A stretch of 64,000 nucleotides of DNA from Raillietiella orientalis (Eukaryota), in assembly GCA_036172245.1 (NCBI GenBank), contig JAYWIR010000001.1, forward strand, positions 2,046,001 to 2,110,000, written 5' to 3'. This document shows, one piece after another, positions 24,600-38,900 of the stretch; the stretch's first letter is position 1; each line of letters begins with the position of its first letter. The notes under the pieces are model-generated. The model worked only from the letters and a program-made list of their open reading frames with translations, had not been told where the DNA came from and did not search any database. A program made the translations under genes and the position numbers.

Positions 24600-25900
24600 T
24601 AGGTTCTACCATCATTATTATGAAAGGAGCAGAGACTGAAGAATTCTTCCTTATCTGAATATTAGCATTACATTAAAGACACCAAAATCAGTTATTTTTA
24701 ATCTCCAGTTTTCTGGATGTGTATCGTTTGAGTGTTCCTATTCCCAATAATTTTTTGGTTTTTGTGGAAAAAATTATTTTCGAAAAAGTAACTTTATTCT
24801 ATGATTTGGAAAATGATTGTAAAGTATTTTTTGAATTATTAAAAGTATTTAATGTTAAATTTTATAATACTAGCTTTTTATCCAGTAAAATATACAATAT
24901 CTTTTGCAACACCACTGCTTATCACCAGATTGAACTTTGTAAACCTCGTTCTTTGAAATTACAAGTTTGATACTTATTACAGCCAAAAAGTAATTCGACA
25001 ACTAGATGCAGCAGTATCTAGACTCAAGGGAAACTAGATAACTGTATAAATTTGTTTACTCACACTGACAATACCATTCCATTTTTATAAAATAAACAGG
25101 TTTTAATTGTGATTCATACATTGAACTACAATTTTACCTTGTATGTGTATATCCTTAAACTGGAAGCAGGAAAAGAAAAATTTACTCCTAAATGATTTAG
25201 AAGTTTTTTACAAAAACTTAGGTATCTATCACTGTAGCTTCATGGATTGTATAGACTTGCTCAAAAATATTTGATGAAATAGTGAGTGCATATTAAGTCG
25301 TATCATTTATTAAACTATTAAAGCATTTGAGTGATCCCTGAAATGAAATTTGCTTTAGCGTGTAGTCATGCACATGCTACCTGATTTATGGGGTAATGTG
25401 GGCAAATGAATGAAAACAAGGTAGAATTTATCAAATATATTTGTTTCTAGATGTTATAGAACAAAATTTTGGCAATCAAATACTATTTTGGGAATTATAA
25501 CATTATGAACTCAAGGTGCTCAGCAAATGAATCAATTAACCACCATATGCTACCAAATGTGGTGTGAGCTTTTTACATTAATAGCATGCTGCAAAGCAGG
25601 CATAGCATTTTTTGCTTTGATTTGCATTTTTTTAAGCATTGCATGCATATATACATTCGAAAAAACAAAAACAAAAAGATTTGGCATTTGCCTACATCAT
25701 AAACTATTAAAATTACAACCACAAGATGCTTTGATGCAATCAACAAGTGAATCTCAAATACTCAGGTACTTATTATAATCAGCTTTCCATGCCACTTTTG
25801 AACAATGTATTATTTCAATTTTGGTTCCTATTTACACAAAATTCCATAAACTTTTTACAGTTATATGCATACGTTAGGGATGTATTCACAAAATCTCTCA
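24600..25900 (+). pseudogene. RAG1: AT-rich RAG1-like remnant (RING/ZFA-NBD-core)
   Basis: DLENDCKVFFELLKVFNVK~DLESPVKSFLSVLNSLMVK; SLKLQV~ELKLQV; FE*SLK~FEWQPPLK. Confidence 0.6.
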
Positions 25901-25949
25901 ATAATCTGAAGTCCATTGAGCAACTCACTTGAATTTCCAGTTATTTGCT

Positions 25950-28900
25950 TTGTTTTTGCTTCAAACTTTGGGTATGCAAGTTACAAAAAAAAAGGGATTT
26001 GTAGAAAACTGGAGAATACTGATAAGATAATTTGAAGCACCTATATCTTTGGAAGTTTTTCTTTCATGCATGTGTCAATTACCTTGCCCTCAATATAATG
26101 GAAGGAAGAAGAGGAAGAAGGGAATGATGATTCATTTTCTTTTGATTTGCTCAACTTGTTACAGATACAATCAACTTGACATAAACTTTCACACTTTCTC
26201 AAGTTTTTGTCTTTTGAGAAAGTTGATTAAAGTCATTCTATTAACTGTACATGCATTTTCCAAAGTTTATACCATGCAACAGCTGCCCAAATTATGAATT
26301 AGCTTCTAATTTATTATTCTGCTTCTGGGCATAGCCCAAGCATTATTTAATGGCATTCATGATAAACTTACCAGTAAGATAAATTACTTTCCAAACAAAA
26401 ATAAAAAATTCCTCGTATAGAAATTTTCTAATCGTTCACCAACATCACTAAAAAAAGCTTAGGATTATCCTTCATAAGTTTTTTTGTATGAAGGATGAAA
26501 CAAACTGCACCGTTCCTCATCATGTTGGTAGCTACATCTAAAATAAAACCACGCAATACGTTATTCGATGTTTCAAAGTTTGGTTCGACACTTGGGTTGC
26601 AAAGTTCTCTCCTGTTTACGCACATTTAAAACGCCGCTTTTTCATGAAGCTACACTTGGTAAAACAACAGACAAGATTTTTTAATTCTGCGTCCACAGAC
26701 GGAATGCTATTCAACAGTTAAATGATATACATTAGTACCAAGAAAAGAAACGCAAGAAATCATAAGATGTTTTCAGAAAGTATGCACATACAATTTAAAA
26801 GCTGAAAAAATGCTAATACACTGTGCAAAATTCTTACAAATCACCCCCGACAAATATCCAAATCTTAGTCGAAAATTTTGACAAACTGAAAACAGAATAG
26901 CTCGATAAAGAATAGAAGCTTTACATTCGATTTTTCTAAGACGTAACTTTATTATAAAGAATCAAACTATCATACTTATTGTTTTATGAAGACTCTCTAA
27001 AACCACAAAATTTTGAATTTACTGGAACGACCTAGCACCCACACGACGACCCAGAGCACTGCATACTTTCAAAACAGCAAACATATCAAGTGTGCATCCT
27101 TTGGCAAAAATGTTGTAATGCAACACGAATGAGTTAAATAGTGTTACTTTTTCACATAAACAAGGTGCAGTACACGAAATATGTCCAACAAGTTAACTAG
27201 ATTACAAAGTGATCATCAATTTTTTGCAGAATTGCATAGGCTTTGTGAAAGGTACAATGTGAATAATAAAAAGAGTGATGCATTTATAGCTCATCTTATT
27301 TAATGATACTAACAGTATTTCAGATACATGTTTGTAATGAAGGCTGAACAAATCTTTATGTAGAATGAACAGCTTAAGAATGTGTTTTTTATCTAGTATA
27401 TGATGCAGTGCTTTGAAAGCAAGTGTTTCATTTTACGTAGCTTTTGATATTTAGAAAAAAGAAATTACAAATGCTTTGTTCTAAAAACTAGAGTTTGTAG
27501 AACGACGAAGATACATCTAACAATTTGCAAAGTGAGAAAAATGAAATTTTCGTTTTAAGCTTGCATGCTCAGAATCAGCAGGGGCCCAATTAATCATATA
27601 ATTATCAATAGGAACTATTAATAATGATTAATTGATTATCGGCGAAATAATTACAGATTCATATAAATAAAAAATTATTATTCAACGGTTACTTTATTTC
27701 TTGAAAGAACTTATAAGAAATCGACTCGAAGGTTATGACTGCTTGAAACTATTGCCTGAATCTGATATTAAAACAGTAGAGACTTCATGTATTTTTCCTG
27801 TTGACCATATCAATTTTCTTGAGGATAGTTAATCAGTCAATACACAGAGCGGTAGACCTTCAGAGAGTTTTACTACGTCTACGATGAAATTTCTCCACAT
27901 TAAGACGATTTCTTTTCTGTCCATTATAGACTACCAAGATTCTCTTGTTAAAAATTCGTATCCTAGCATACCCCATAATCTGTATGAATTTTTCTTTTTT
28001 ATTAAGTTTTGCAATACACAAAAATATGATACATATCCTTTGGAAAAAATGGTATTTTTATTTAATCCAAACTATGAACAAACACATTACTTTGTTTTTA
28101 AAAATACTGAAATTGAGAAACATCCAATATTTTCAGCCATTTTTAGGCTGTTTGAGATTTAAATTATACTTTCAGTACGGATACCTTTTTGAGATCAGAT
28201 ATTCTACATAACTGACTATGTATCTGTCTGGGAATCACCCTAGTTTGATCTTTACTTTATGATACCATATGGAACTTCGTAGAATGGCTTCTAAGTATTA
28301 ACAAGATTCTAGAATGGTGATCGACTTTGACACGAATGTTCAGAGCTCTCTTTGGGGCTGTACTTATGAAATAAATTTTAGACATGAATCAAAAGATAAA
28401 ATTGCAGATGACTCTGAAATGCTCAGAAGCTTAGTGCAGACCCATAATGACTTCCTTTTATTGCTTAGTTTCCACCTTCGCCAATCAAGATTATTTCCAA
28501 GGATACTTGGAATAGACAGTGATTTAATAACAAATTGAATCATTTCCATGTAAAGTAATCTGCAATAGACTTTCTATTTTTCGGTTTGATAAACGATTCG
28601 TTTCTGATATGAAAGTTTTATCTAAAACGATGTTGTAAAATGGTAGACTTCTTATTTTTGTAATTGGGAAAGAGAAAGTGAACTGCGATAGAATCACAGT
28701 ATCCAAATGGAAGAATTACAATTATTGAATCTAGAATACCAAAACAAATTCTAGGCATCCTATGTTCATTTAACCATTACAAAGAAGCATAAGATGACAG
28801 TGCTATGGTGACTAGTTTCCATACAGCTGCTCTTACTTCTAAAAAGAATACCTCATTCGGGTCTTTAGCATATACAATGGTCTTACCATAACGAGAACAA
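25950..28900 (-). pseudogene. RAG1: AT-rich, roughly full-length RAG1-like remnant
   Basis: CTKLLSI~STKLLAV; VLR..MMRNG..KKLM~HLR..MRMNG..RKLM; CPE; NS*FGQLL~NSQRFAELL; CNKL~GNKL. Confidence 0.65.
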
Positions 28901-29910
28901 TGAATGAAACATGGCTTGCATGGAAGTTTAGGACTCAAAGGTAAAAAGGCAAAAGTCTAAAAGGACAAGAAAACTTTATCTCGGAATCCTGAATTATAGC
29001 TCCTTTTCTTGTTCGAAATTTAAAAAAATATCGTTCCTAGAGTTTACAAGCAGTGTATTGTATTACTGCTCCATCATCATCGAGGATAAACCAAATTTGG
29101 TTTAATGCCATTCAATTTGTATTTTCTGTTGTTAATAAGAGACACACCTAAAATTGAGTATTTTTCATCGTTTAATTTCTTAACTCCATGAAATCAAATG
29201 TGGATTTTATTTAATTTTTGCGACATATGTTACCGAGCATACAATATATGTAAAGTTGAACACATATTACATTACTTGTAGTGCAATTTCTGATATTACT
29301 TTTTCACCCTGTCTAGATGTGTGATTTTGTGTGCTCCGCGAAACTGGATTTTGAGCGTTTGCGATACGTGTGGAGTATAGTAATAGCCCAACGATAGTTT
29401 GGGAAATTATCGCAAAAGCTAATGTCTGTATCATTATTAAGATTTATGAACATTATTTTAATACGGGGATGAATGGACACATGCATTCATTTTATGTGTT
29501 TTTGAATGTATGTCTTTTATAAATTATTTAGTACTAAAGTATTGGAAAACAGACTCACAAGGGAAGTCCCACAGTTGGTAATGGCCTTATTATTTCATTG
29601 GATTATGTAAAACAACTTTTAATATTGTAAGGTAACAATGTACTTGTTCGTGTTCGTGTTATGTACCAGTGAAATAGTTGTGGACATTTGTGCGCGCTTG
29701 AGGTATGAATTCTTAGGTATTTTATGTGGATGCAATGCGTGTACTTAGAGGGTTTACAACATACCTTATCGTCTTGTCCAATATGAAATTAGTTATTCCT
29801 TCAAGGCATGTTGAGTGTAACTTTATGCATTATGTAATATTGTTCTTATATTATTTGAAGCTTATGTAATGAAACATTTTAGGACATTGTAGGATTTGAT
29901 AGTTTTGATT

Positions 29911-32900
29911 ATGTCCAATCTTGTAAAATACACTGAAAAGTCATATGTGAATGAAGAGTTATCCAAATGCAAAATAGAGACAAATAAAAGTCTGGTAATT
30001 CAAAATAAAAATTGTGATGTAATTAACAGTAAACTAGTGAATGGTATAAGTCATTTGAATCTTACATCGGATATTGCAACATGTTATTCTCAAGATCCAA
30101 AAGTTTCCAATGTTGTAAATTGCATAGATGCAGATAAATCAAATGTTTTAAGTCTTTCAAACCAGTTACAATCAAAAATTAATGCTGAAACAAACCACTC
30201 TAGTCTTAGTTTAAATGGAACAAAAAGATTTATAAGTACTTTTGAACCAAATGATGAAATCTGTGAACTTAAAAATGAGCTAGTTGATTCAGGTATTTCT
30301 GACCTGGAGTGGACATCCTTTACTTCAGAGTTATCTTGTAAAATCAGAAAAGGTATTCACATTAACAGTTGTGAAAAAAAAAAGGAGATTTCAACTGAAT
30401 CAGACTATCTTTGTTCCACAAATGCACAACAGGAGAGAGCTTTAAAAGAAGATGAAATAAGTTATGTATCATATCAATCAGAACTGCAAATGCCTGACAT
30501 AATGAGACTTATTCAAAAAGATCTTTCAGAGCCATATTCAATTTATACATATAGATATTTTATTCATAACTGGCCAAAACTTTGTTTCTTGGTAAGAATA
30601 ATTTTGCTTTGAAAACTCTTCTGTGCAACCAGAATGCCTTGATTTTCAGTTTAAACAGTCTAGAATTTTGGTGTTTGCGGTTGAAGAATAAAAAAACTAT
30701 CTAGAATGCATTTCTTATGAAGATGAATAATTGTGTTCATGTTATTTTAATTAGCTGTTGTATTAAAAATGTATTTTTTATCGTAAACCAGCATTGAGAA
30801 AATGAAATAAAGAGTTATTAACTTGCATCCATCCTGAGTATATTAACAGAGACATAATAATGAACTAAATAATAATAATGAATCATGCTGTTGCAAAAAA
30901 TTTCTCTATGCCATAGTTGTATGTTCAAAAGTTTGACATAAATTGATTTTCTTATTTTTAAGTCTTTCAAACCAGTATCTGAATTGCATCTGAGTGATAT
31001 TTTATTGATGTATATCAAGTTCGTCAAAGTTTCGTGTAAAATATGCGAACTTTGTGACATCTTCGGTCATTATGCTATAAGTGTTGCTCCAAAAGATCTT
31101 TATTAGAATGCAAAGAAAAAAATTGATTTAGATGATTTACAATGCTTTATTGATTGCATGTACATTATTAGCAGAAGTTGTATGCTCAGTGTAGACTGGA
31201 TGTAAGTTTCAGGAGTTTTCTTGTGCATATCTTAAAAAAGTTTCAGTATTTACTATAAATCAGATTTTTTTGAAGTTGAGTACTACAACAGCATTCCATA
31301 AATGAAGAATTAATGCAACTGAACAATGTAAATTATTTATTTAACTGAAAAACGTGTTTTATTTCTGATTCATTATGCTTGCATTATTTTGAGAATTAGT
31401 GTAAAATGTAATTGCATGCTGTGGTACTTCATAGTGAATAAAACTAACAACCTGATCAGTAATCTGCTAAGATTTCGAGTTTCAAAATGTTTTGTGGAAT
31501 CATGAAGCAGTATTCATTGGAATGAAATCAAATTGAAAATAGAAAGTGACTACACATTTTTTAACATAAAACTGTGTGCAAAAAGATTTTTAAACTAGAG
31601 TTAGAATAATGTCATGTGAGCAAATTTTCTTATTTTTTAAATAAACAATTCTGTCAACAATCTTAAAAGGAAGGTATAAAGTAGACATTAATTTGAATGA
31701 AAAATTTTTTTAAAAAAATGTGCAAAAATTAAAAGACGGTGACAAGAAACAAAGTAATCTTCAACAAAATGAATTTCTTAAGTAAATGTCAATTTTTGAG
31801 GTAATTATTGCTTTAGCTATAAGATGCTTGAAAGAATTTTTTATTCTGTAGGTCATTTTAGTTGTTAAAAAAATCAAAAGATGTTTATTCAGAATTTGTA
31901 AAAGCTGGAATTTATTTTTATTTTTGTTATTTGTATTTGTTCACTAATACCTTTACCTTTTTACATACTTTGTGAATTTTTGCAAAATATATACTTGCTG
32001 TTTGTTTTTTGTTAGTAACAAATGCAGTTTAAATTTGAGGCTGCAGAAATGTTCCCAAGGTCAGCAGTGATTTTTGTCTCTTCATGTTCCCTTGGCTACA
32101 TTTGTGAACCCTCATTATGTGTTATAATGAGATGTTATTTGAGTGCCATTAGCTCACTCAAGTAATTTTAATTTAGTTCACTCACTCAAGTAACAGTCAA
32201 GTTTAAGATCGAGGACTAGGAATTGCATTTTTCCTTATTATGTTTCCTATCCATGTTTTTTTCTTGATGCTTTTCCTTTTTTTCTCCCAGACATTGTTAT
32301 AGTGAGATGTCTCTCAGACATCTCACTATTCTTGCTAATTTTCAAACTTTGATGCAATTCAGACTAGAAGGACATTTTTAATTCATTCATACTAGTGACT
32401 GTATTTAAGATATCGTTTTATGGCAGAAAAAAATCTTCACCATCTCTTTTTAAGAATGAAACTTGCTTCCCTTTAGCATTACATCTGTCAAAAAAAAAAG
32501 AAGAAATTAATGGAATGTTGCTTACATTAACTTATTCACATGGATTTCACAATGATTTTGCATATATCGCTTTTGGAGTGAACAAAATATGCACAAACAG
32601 AAGAAAATGTAGAGAACATATGCACAAACAGTTGAATTTTTTTTTTAGTGAGAGTTGATGAGTTTGTATATACTATGTGGTAGGCAGCACCTCCCTTTGT
32701 GAAATGCAGGAATGGATGTACTAGTGGAATAGTTGGAATGTTTTCCATTTCCAATTCGGAATCTTACAGCATGAGATTGCATGGGGTTCATACTTTGTTA
32801 CTGCAAATGATAGTTTTCATTTAAAAAAGATTTGACTCAAATGAGATGACTTTCCTTGATTTATTTTTTTTAATATGTGGCAGTATGTGACCTGAAGCAA

Positions 32901-33498
32901 AAATTCTTGCGTATGATAGCATAAATAATTATATGGGTGTACTTAATATTGCTTATTTGTCTTGAGTTTATTGATTATGTAGCATGAAATTGTTTCCATT
33001 GCCCATGTAGGCCATGCATGGTGACCAGTGTGTCGGTGCAATAGTCTGCAAGCTTGAAGCACATTATAAAAAAGTTATTCGAAGAGGTTATATTGCCATG
33101 TTAGCTGTTGATGAAGCATATAGGAAACGTAAAATAGGTATAGTACTTGAGTTTACTAAATTCGTTGGCTCATGCAAAGTTTGCATGAAGAGTCCAATTA
33201 AACTTGAAGGAATAAGTGAGATTACGAAGTAGACGAGTAATCATTTTTCTTTTATTTTAGGAACTAATTTGGTGCTTAGTGCTGTCAGAGTTATGCAGAG
33301 GGATGGAGCAGATGAAGTATTCCTATTCAAGTTAACTATATTTGAATGTGTTTTCCATAGGTTGTATTGGAAACAGAGATCACAAATCAGCCTGCTCTGC
33401 AGCTTTATGAGAATTTAGGCTTTGTAAGAGACAAAAGATTATTTCGTTATTATCTCAATGGAGTTGATGCCCTACGCTTGAAACTTTGGCTACGATGA
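29911..33498 (+). CDS. NAA30: N-alpha-acetyltransferase 30 (NatC catalytic subunit); exons 29911-30591, 33011-33137, 33261-33316, 33361-33498
   Basis: [85 protein letters not shown]. All introns are GT-AG. Confidence 0.97.
30820..31270 (-). pseudogene. RAG1: RAG1-like core fragment in NAA30 intron 1
   Basis: HETLTNLI~HETLTAIL; upstream PVYTE~PVVPE. Confidence 0.5.
32050..32700 (+). pseudogene. RAG1: Possible RAG1-like N-terminal/RING fragment in NAA30 intron 1
   Basis: CFPLAL~CFPTDL; other matches are weak. Confidence 0.3.
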
Positions 33499-33579
33499 AG
33501 GTGCTTCACTAATTGAAGTATGAATCTTTTGCCTATTAGTTCGATCCTAGTAAATGTGTTTTTACGAAAAAGTTAGTTC

Positions 33580-34857
33580 CTTAATTGCAGCATTAAAATT
33601 CACAGATGCAGATTTTAATAGAGCATGACCGAGTTTTTGAAAAGTTAGTACACTAGTTAGGATAAATAAATTATAACAACATGCGGCAGCACTATTTTGT
33701 GTGATTACTGGGCGATCGCGCATAAAGTACGTTAGGTCGAAATTTCCTTCTGTACCCCGTACTATTTGAAAGAAAATCACAGTACTAACGAACGCTTGTG
33801 CGAGTACATGCACGTTTAAAAAAATTGTACGCCTTTTGCTTTCTGCAGTCACGGTTCACTGTGCCCACTCTAGGAAGTCTCTCTATCGATGTTCAGAAAG
33901 CTTGCAGATATGTCTTTCATTCAATTAAACGTTGTCACCGAAAAGTTTTCCTGGTCACAAACAAACAAACAAACCAAAAAAAAAGTTTGTGCAAAGTTTG
34001 CTCTCCAACCATACGTAATGGCATTCATATTTACTAGACAATTTGTTTATTCGAGTTTACGATTACCTGTTGTAACGTTTTTTTTTTGTTTTTGTTTTTG
34101 TTTTAGACCTTAATGGTAGACTAACGCGGAACTGATCACAGATTTGAGCTTACAATTTCCAAAGCTATAAGTTGCTTTGAAACTAGTTAATACAACAGAA
34201 GAGCATTAAAGACACCAAGCTGTTTGTTTATTTGGGTTTCTGCCGAAAGTGATCTGTGAAACTTGTGCTTCCAATTGGTGTGTCGCACCACTGTACGGTA
34301 CCACAGTTCTTTGAAATCTGCACGTAGATGATGAAACGAATTACCATGTCCTGGGAATGCAGGGATTGTGTTCAGATTCATGTGGCTTCACAAATATGAC
34401 ACCACCCAAATCATCGGGGGAAAAAAAAAAAGACAAAAAAGAGAGAGGGAGAGAGAGAGAGCTTGATTTGTCTTCAGATTTCAGTTCGTAGTTTCGAAAA
34501 CGAGCTAATGTGTGGTTCCCAGTTTTTCCCCCTTGGGGAGGAAAAGCAACGAAGACGTTGGGATTTGAGCAATACAAATGTTTACTCGAAGCATTCTTAC
34601 GAAGGTTTTCCGTGTTCTAACGAATTCTTCATGTGCACGGCGACGGGAGATGTCGATGTCACTGGTTGTCGGTCCGTGCAGGAGTCGTGTTTTCTCCTTC
34701 GACTTAAACTAAGAACGTCATTTCTCTGGATTTTCCGAGTTCACATCTGCCACGTTTACGGCACGCTAGTGTGTGAAGACCTAACGATCGTGCTAACCAC
34801 GACTAAGTTTTCAGTGAAGCTTCTTGAATGCAAGAAACGATTTTTTTTTTCTCTCTC

Positions 34858-34896
<39 letters not shown>

Positions 34897-35040
34897 CCCT
34901 CCCCTCCCCCCCTCCCTCCCTTTCTTTTCCAAAGGCGGTTTTGCAGATGTTTTGTTTTGTGTGTTCTGAGTATTTATAAACAAATCAATTACCATTTGAT
35001 ACATTGGTACTACCGAAATAAAAATTGCTATCCAAGAGTT
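33580..35040 (+). pseudogene. RAG1: RAG1-like core/C-terminal remnant, interrupted by a (CT)n tract at ~34845-34925
   Basis: RVFEK~KVFEE; VFHSIKRCH~VFHSITRSH; NAEL~NAAEF; RELDL~RELMDL; KHSYEG~KYRYEG; HWYY~HWLY. Confidence 0.75.
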
Positions 35041-36046
35041 GCAGTTATTGATTCAGCTGGAATTCCGTGCTTCGACTCGCTGCGACTTGACGGCATTCTT
35101 ATGTACAACGTTTTATATCACATGCTCCGTCTCTGCAACAGGTTATTTGACATGTCACAGGAATAAGCCCGGAACAGTGTTACTAGGTGTGATGCAAGTC
35201 TCTTCCATCGGTTGCAAGTTTTAGCGACGATGAATAGTAAATTCCCAAAGATGCAGTAAATGACGCATAAGTAACCTAGTAAGGCCCAGTTTAATCAAAC
35301 CCCACGATGGAAGCCGTTAGCCATAATAACACAAGGCACAAAATCACCGGATGATTCGGGATGAGTATTGCTCCATATGTGATTCATACGTAACTTAGTT
35401 ACGAGAGGGATATTTGAGTGTATGTGTTAAGGGTATGAAATATTAGCTGTTATTAAAGAAGTGAGTTCGATTGGATCTTCACCCAATCCCTACATTCCTA
35501 TGCAGGAGCATTTCTAAAAGAATTCCATGATTCTGAATGTATAGTAGTGTACGTTTAATTGGGATGAAAGAGTAAGCTTTGGTGCTGTCTCCACTGTTTT
35601 AAGCACACATGTGTGTATCATCATTGCAGGCGAAAACACGTATTCGTTTATTTTCTCAAAAAATAAACGAATATTTTTTTGTGTCATTTAGTTTGATAGA
35701 TTGCTAACATGTTTGCGATACTCTTTTTATCTAATTCCGTGGTTGTTTTTAGATGGAAGACAAAAGTTGAAGACTCTCCCAGCAGGTATATTTCCGGAAG
35801 AAGCTTGTTAGAAAAACTATTGCACTTTATAAAATTTTAGAGATCTTATTGAGTAGACCAAATTAACTGTGTCGTTAAATTGAATGCAACTAAGCAGTCT
35901 TTGAATGATCGAAGTTAGCATTCGTTTTTGACAACAGTTCCTAGAATTTTTTTTTGAAAAAAGACCTTCACGACCTTCAAAGATTTATCTATTTATTCAT
36001 TTTCCAAAAATAGAAGCCAAATTTGTGTTTAATCCAAGGAATGTTG

Positions 36047-38900
36047 CTAAACATAAATCATGAGGACATTTTTAATTAAAGAGCTGGCAAAAATGTCTTT
36101 TTCTTTATTCGGTAAATGTGTGCAAGAATCTTCTACATCATGGAGCCTGGAACAGGGAAATTTGCTGGGAAGTATCCTCGTTTGGTGGACATCCAAGCGA
36201 CTTGGGCGCTTTCTTGAAAGTAGCTCCGAAAGATTGCAGACGTGACGGTAGAAGGGAACCAACTGGTGCACCTGCTTCGAGACCGCAGCCTGCCCTAGCA
36301 AGGTCAAAACGATGTAACAAGATCCTATCGCGGTAAACAAGCGTCCAGTGACTGGTATTTGGTACAAATACCCTCACACATTTTGTTTTTATTTAATCTG
36401 GCCTCTGGCATGAGGTCATGCTTGATGGCTCTCCGTCTCCTTGTTCGTGCGTCATCTCTGAAAGTGTGCATGCTCATTCAGCATGATCATCATTTTGATC
36501 ACGTTGAAGCGCAGTACTATCCACTATCAGGTCTGGGCGCTTTATTCATCAAGGCTCTCAGAATTCCGTAGGTGGATTTTCCTGCCTGTGCCGTGCGTGT
36601 TGGCACTTCACGTACGTGGTGTCTGACATCCTTGAAAATCTTGGACTGTCAGAAAACAGGAACCATTTGTGTGATTGATGAGGTGGATGCTCGCAAAGCG
36701 AGGAAGCAGAAAGGTTAGTTGCCAATTGATTTAGTTACCAGAATCCCGTTCTGGAAATTGGATCATGCTGAAAGAAAATACTAGTTGAGTGCGAGTGCGG
36801 AGTTTTCGTATGGATCAAAATGGCCTCACTCCAGGCTGCTAAAAGTCTAATCCGGGAGCACGTAATTTTCAAGGCCGTAAGTTCAGATTATTGTCCCTTT
36901 TCCTATCTGCCTCATCCGTAAGCAAATGCTGAAAGTCGGAGGCAAATATGAAAATGGAGGCATGAACACAAGAAAGACAAGTTTTGTTTTGTATGTGAAT
37001 GGTGCTCTGGAGAAGACGGGAGTTTAGTGAGAAGAAGAGATCCATGCAAAGGAACCATAGGAATGAGAATAAAAATGAGTAAATAAGCCCGATTTCAAAC
37101 AAAACAAATGAGTAAACAACTTGTACAAAACTTTTTTTTTTGAGGGAATCAAAAAATTATGTAACTGTCCCACTGCACACAGTCATAAAATGGAAAGTAA
37201 GGAAAAAGGAATGAGACAGTAGCCTCTTCATGGAACGAGGCACTTTTGTTATGTTAACAAAAAAACACATTTCCAGCAGATATTCCCCCATTCTCATTTT
37301 AATAGCTACCGTTGCAAGCAGATCAAACAGACACATCCGCAATATAAGAGTTTAACTTCAAATCCTCAAAAACCACAAGTATCTTGACATGCCAAGAACA
37401 GGAATTTCTCAGTAAAGTAGATCTTTTAGTTGCATTAAGAAACAAGAGTCCGTAGCTTGAAATGCCTTTTTGTGCTTTATGTGAAAACGCGGAAACTAAA
37501 AAAAATGCTTTGGTTTGTGCCAAAACCAAAACTTTTTTTTTTTTTTCAAACTACAAAACAAGTACTCAGTTGTTTCAGGCGATGCATACTTTTCTACATA
37601 AAATGTGAAATGAACGCTGAGCAGGGCTGAAAAAGAAGAAAGCAAACAATCACATTGGTTTAGGAAACGGAATCTGATTTCACTGCCACATCATCAAAGG
37701 ATTGCAACTGAGTTCATTTCTCTTTTCCCTTTCCCATTTTTGAATTTGCCCACCAAACACTGCTCAATTTTGATCCTGAGAATGTTGTTCCCATGATATT
37801 TAACGTCACAATCTCGTCACTGGCTAAGGGTTTCTTTCTTTAGAACTCAAGCATGATGCCAATGCTCATTATCCTCAACTCCTCTGGCTACTGAACTGCA
37901 TAATGGAGATGATGAATGTAGAAAAATCACTTTTGATGTCTTCGAAAACAAATCGAAATCCCCCTCAGGCACTGTCTCGTTTTGGACACTTCTCTCAGTT
38001 CTATCTACCAAATTACTCCGTTGCTGACTTTTTTTATCAAGCAATCTTCGTTTTGAATTATCGTGATTTCTCCCATCCCACTACATATTTTAATGTCCTA
38101 TTAGCTCAATAGTCTAAGAAACAAGGAGTTGCTAAATGATAATTACAGCCAAACTGTATTCAAATCATTCGTCTCCCTTTTTTGTTTCTCATTCTTCACT
38201 TTTGCTTGGTTCTTGGTGACTTGTGAGGAGGTTTCTGCTGCTGAAAGGAATTTCCGGTACAGAGATCCAGTAACCAATTTAGTAGAAAACTTTTCCAAGT
38301 GCAAGTTCACTTCTCAGCTTCTATAGGAAATCAACACAACGAAGCTGTTATCTGCGACTGGATTGCTCATTTTTTGGAAGGGTTTTTGTTCTTTCACGCT
38401 CTTCATTGCAGGATAACTTTCTGGTGTCGTTATCTGAGAGTAACTTTGGTTCGAGAAAGCGATGAAATCGAAAAGACACGTCAACTTTTAGCCAATACAC
38501 CTTGAAATTTTTTCTGGTAGTTATAAATCCACTTTTCCCGTCATCCCAAAAGTTATCTGATCAACTTTTCCGCTTATTAGAGACCTACAGTTGGTTTCTT
38601 AGGATCCTTTGTGTTTTATTATTAACTTTATCAAGTTCAGATTGCACCCTCAATGCAGTAGATGTTCTAATTAGAGCTTCGTACTACAAGTAATCATCAC
38701 TTCTAACAAACAAGCAGTGAATGCCAACATAATTGTTGCAAATCCAGAGAAACTCTCTGCGACTTCATTCGTTGCTTATTAAAAACAAATTTGCGGACCT
38801 TAACCAAAAGTATAGTCGAATGCCAACGATTCTTTGTCAATGATTTCATTTGAAATACCTTCCCTCTGAATAATGGTTTTTCACACAGTGTGAGGATTTT
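36047..38900 (-). pseudogene. RAG1: Near full-length decayed RAG1-like copy
   Basis: KVFQMKSLTK~KLFRVRSFEK; LQQLC~LRHLC; LFLNATK~LFLLALR; LRASTS~LEASGS; NPPTE~NPYHE; SELLSRK~AELLSTK. Confidence 0.75.

Noticed and set aside
18360-28900. Intact convergent RAG2-RAG1 cassette enclosing Sec16
   Set aside because: Another RAG1 remnant intervenes, and copy density makes a convergent neighbour likely by chance.
33317-33360. U12-type intron in NAA30 (GTATTCCT)
   Set aside because: Imperfect match to GTATCCTT, no good CCTTAAC branch site, and only 44 nt long.
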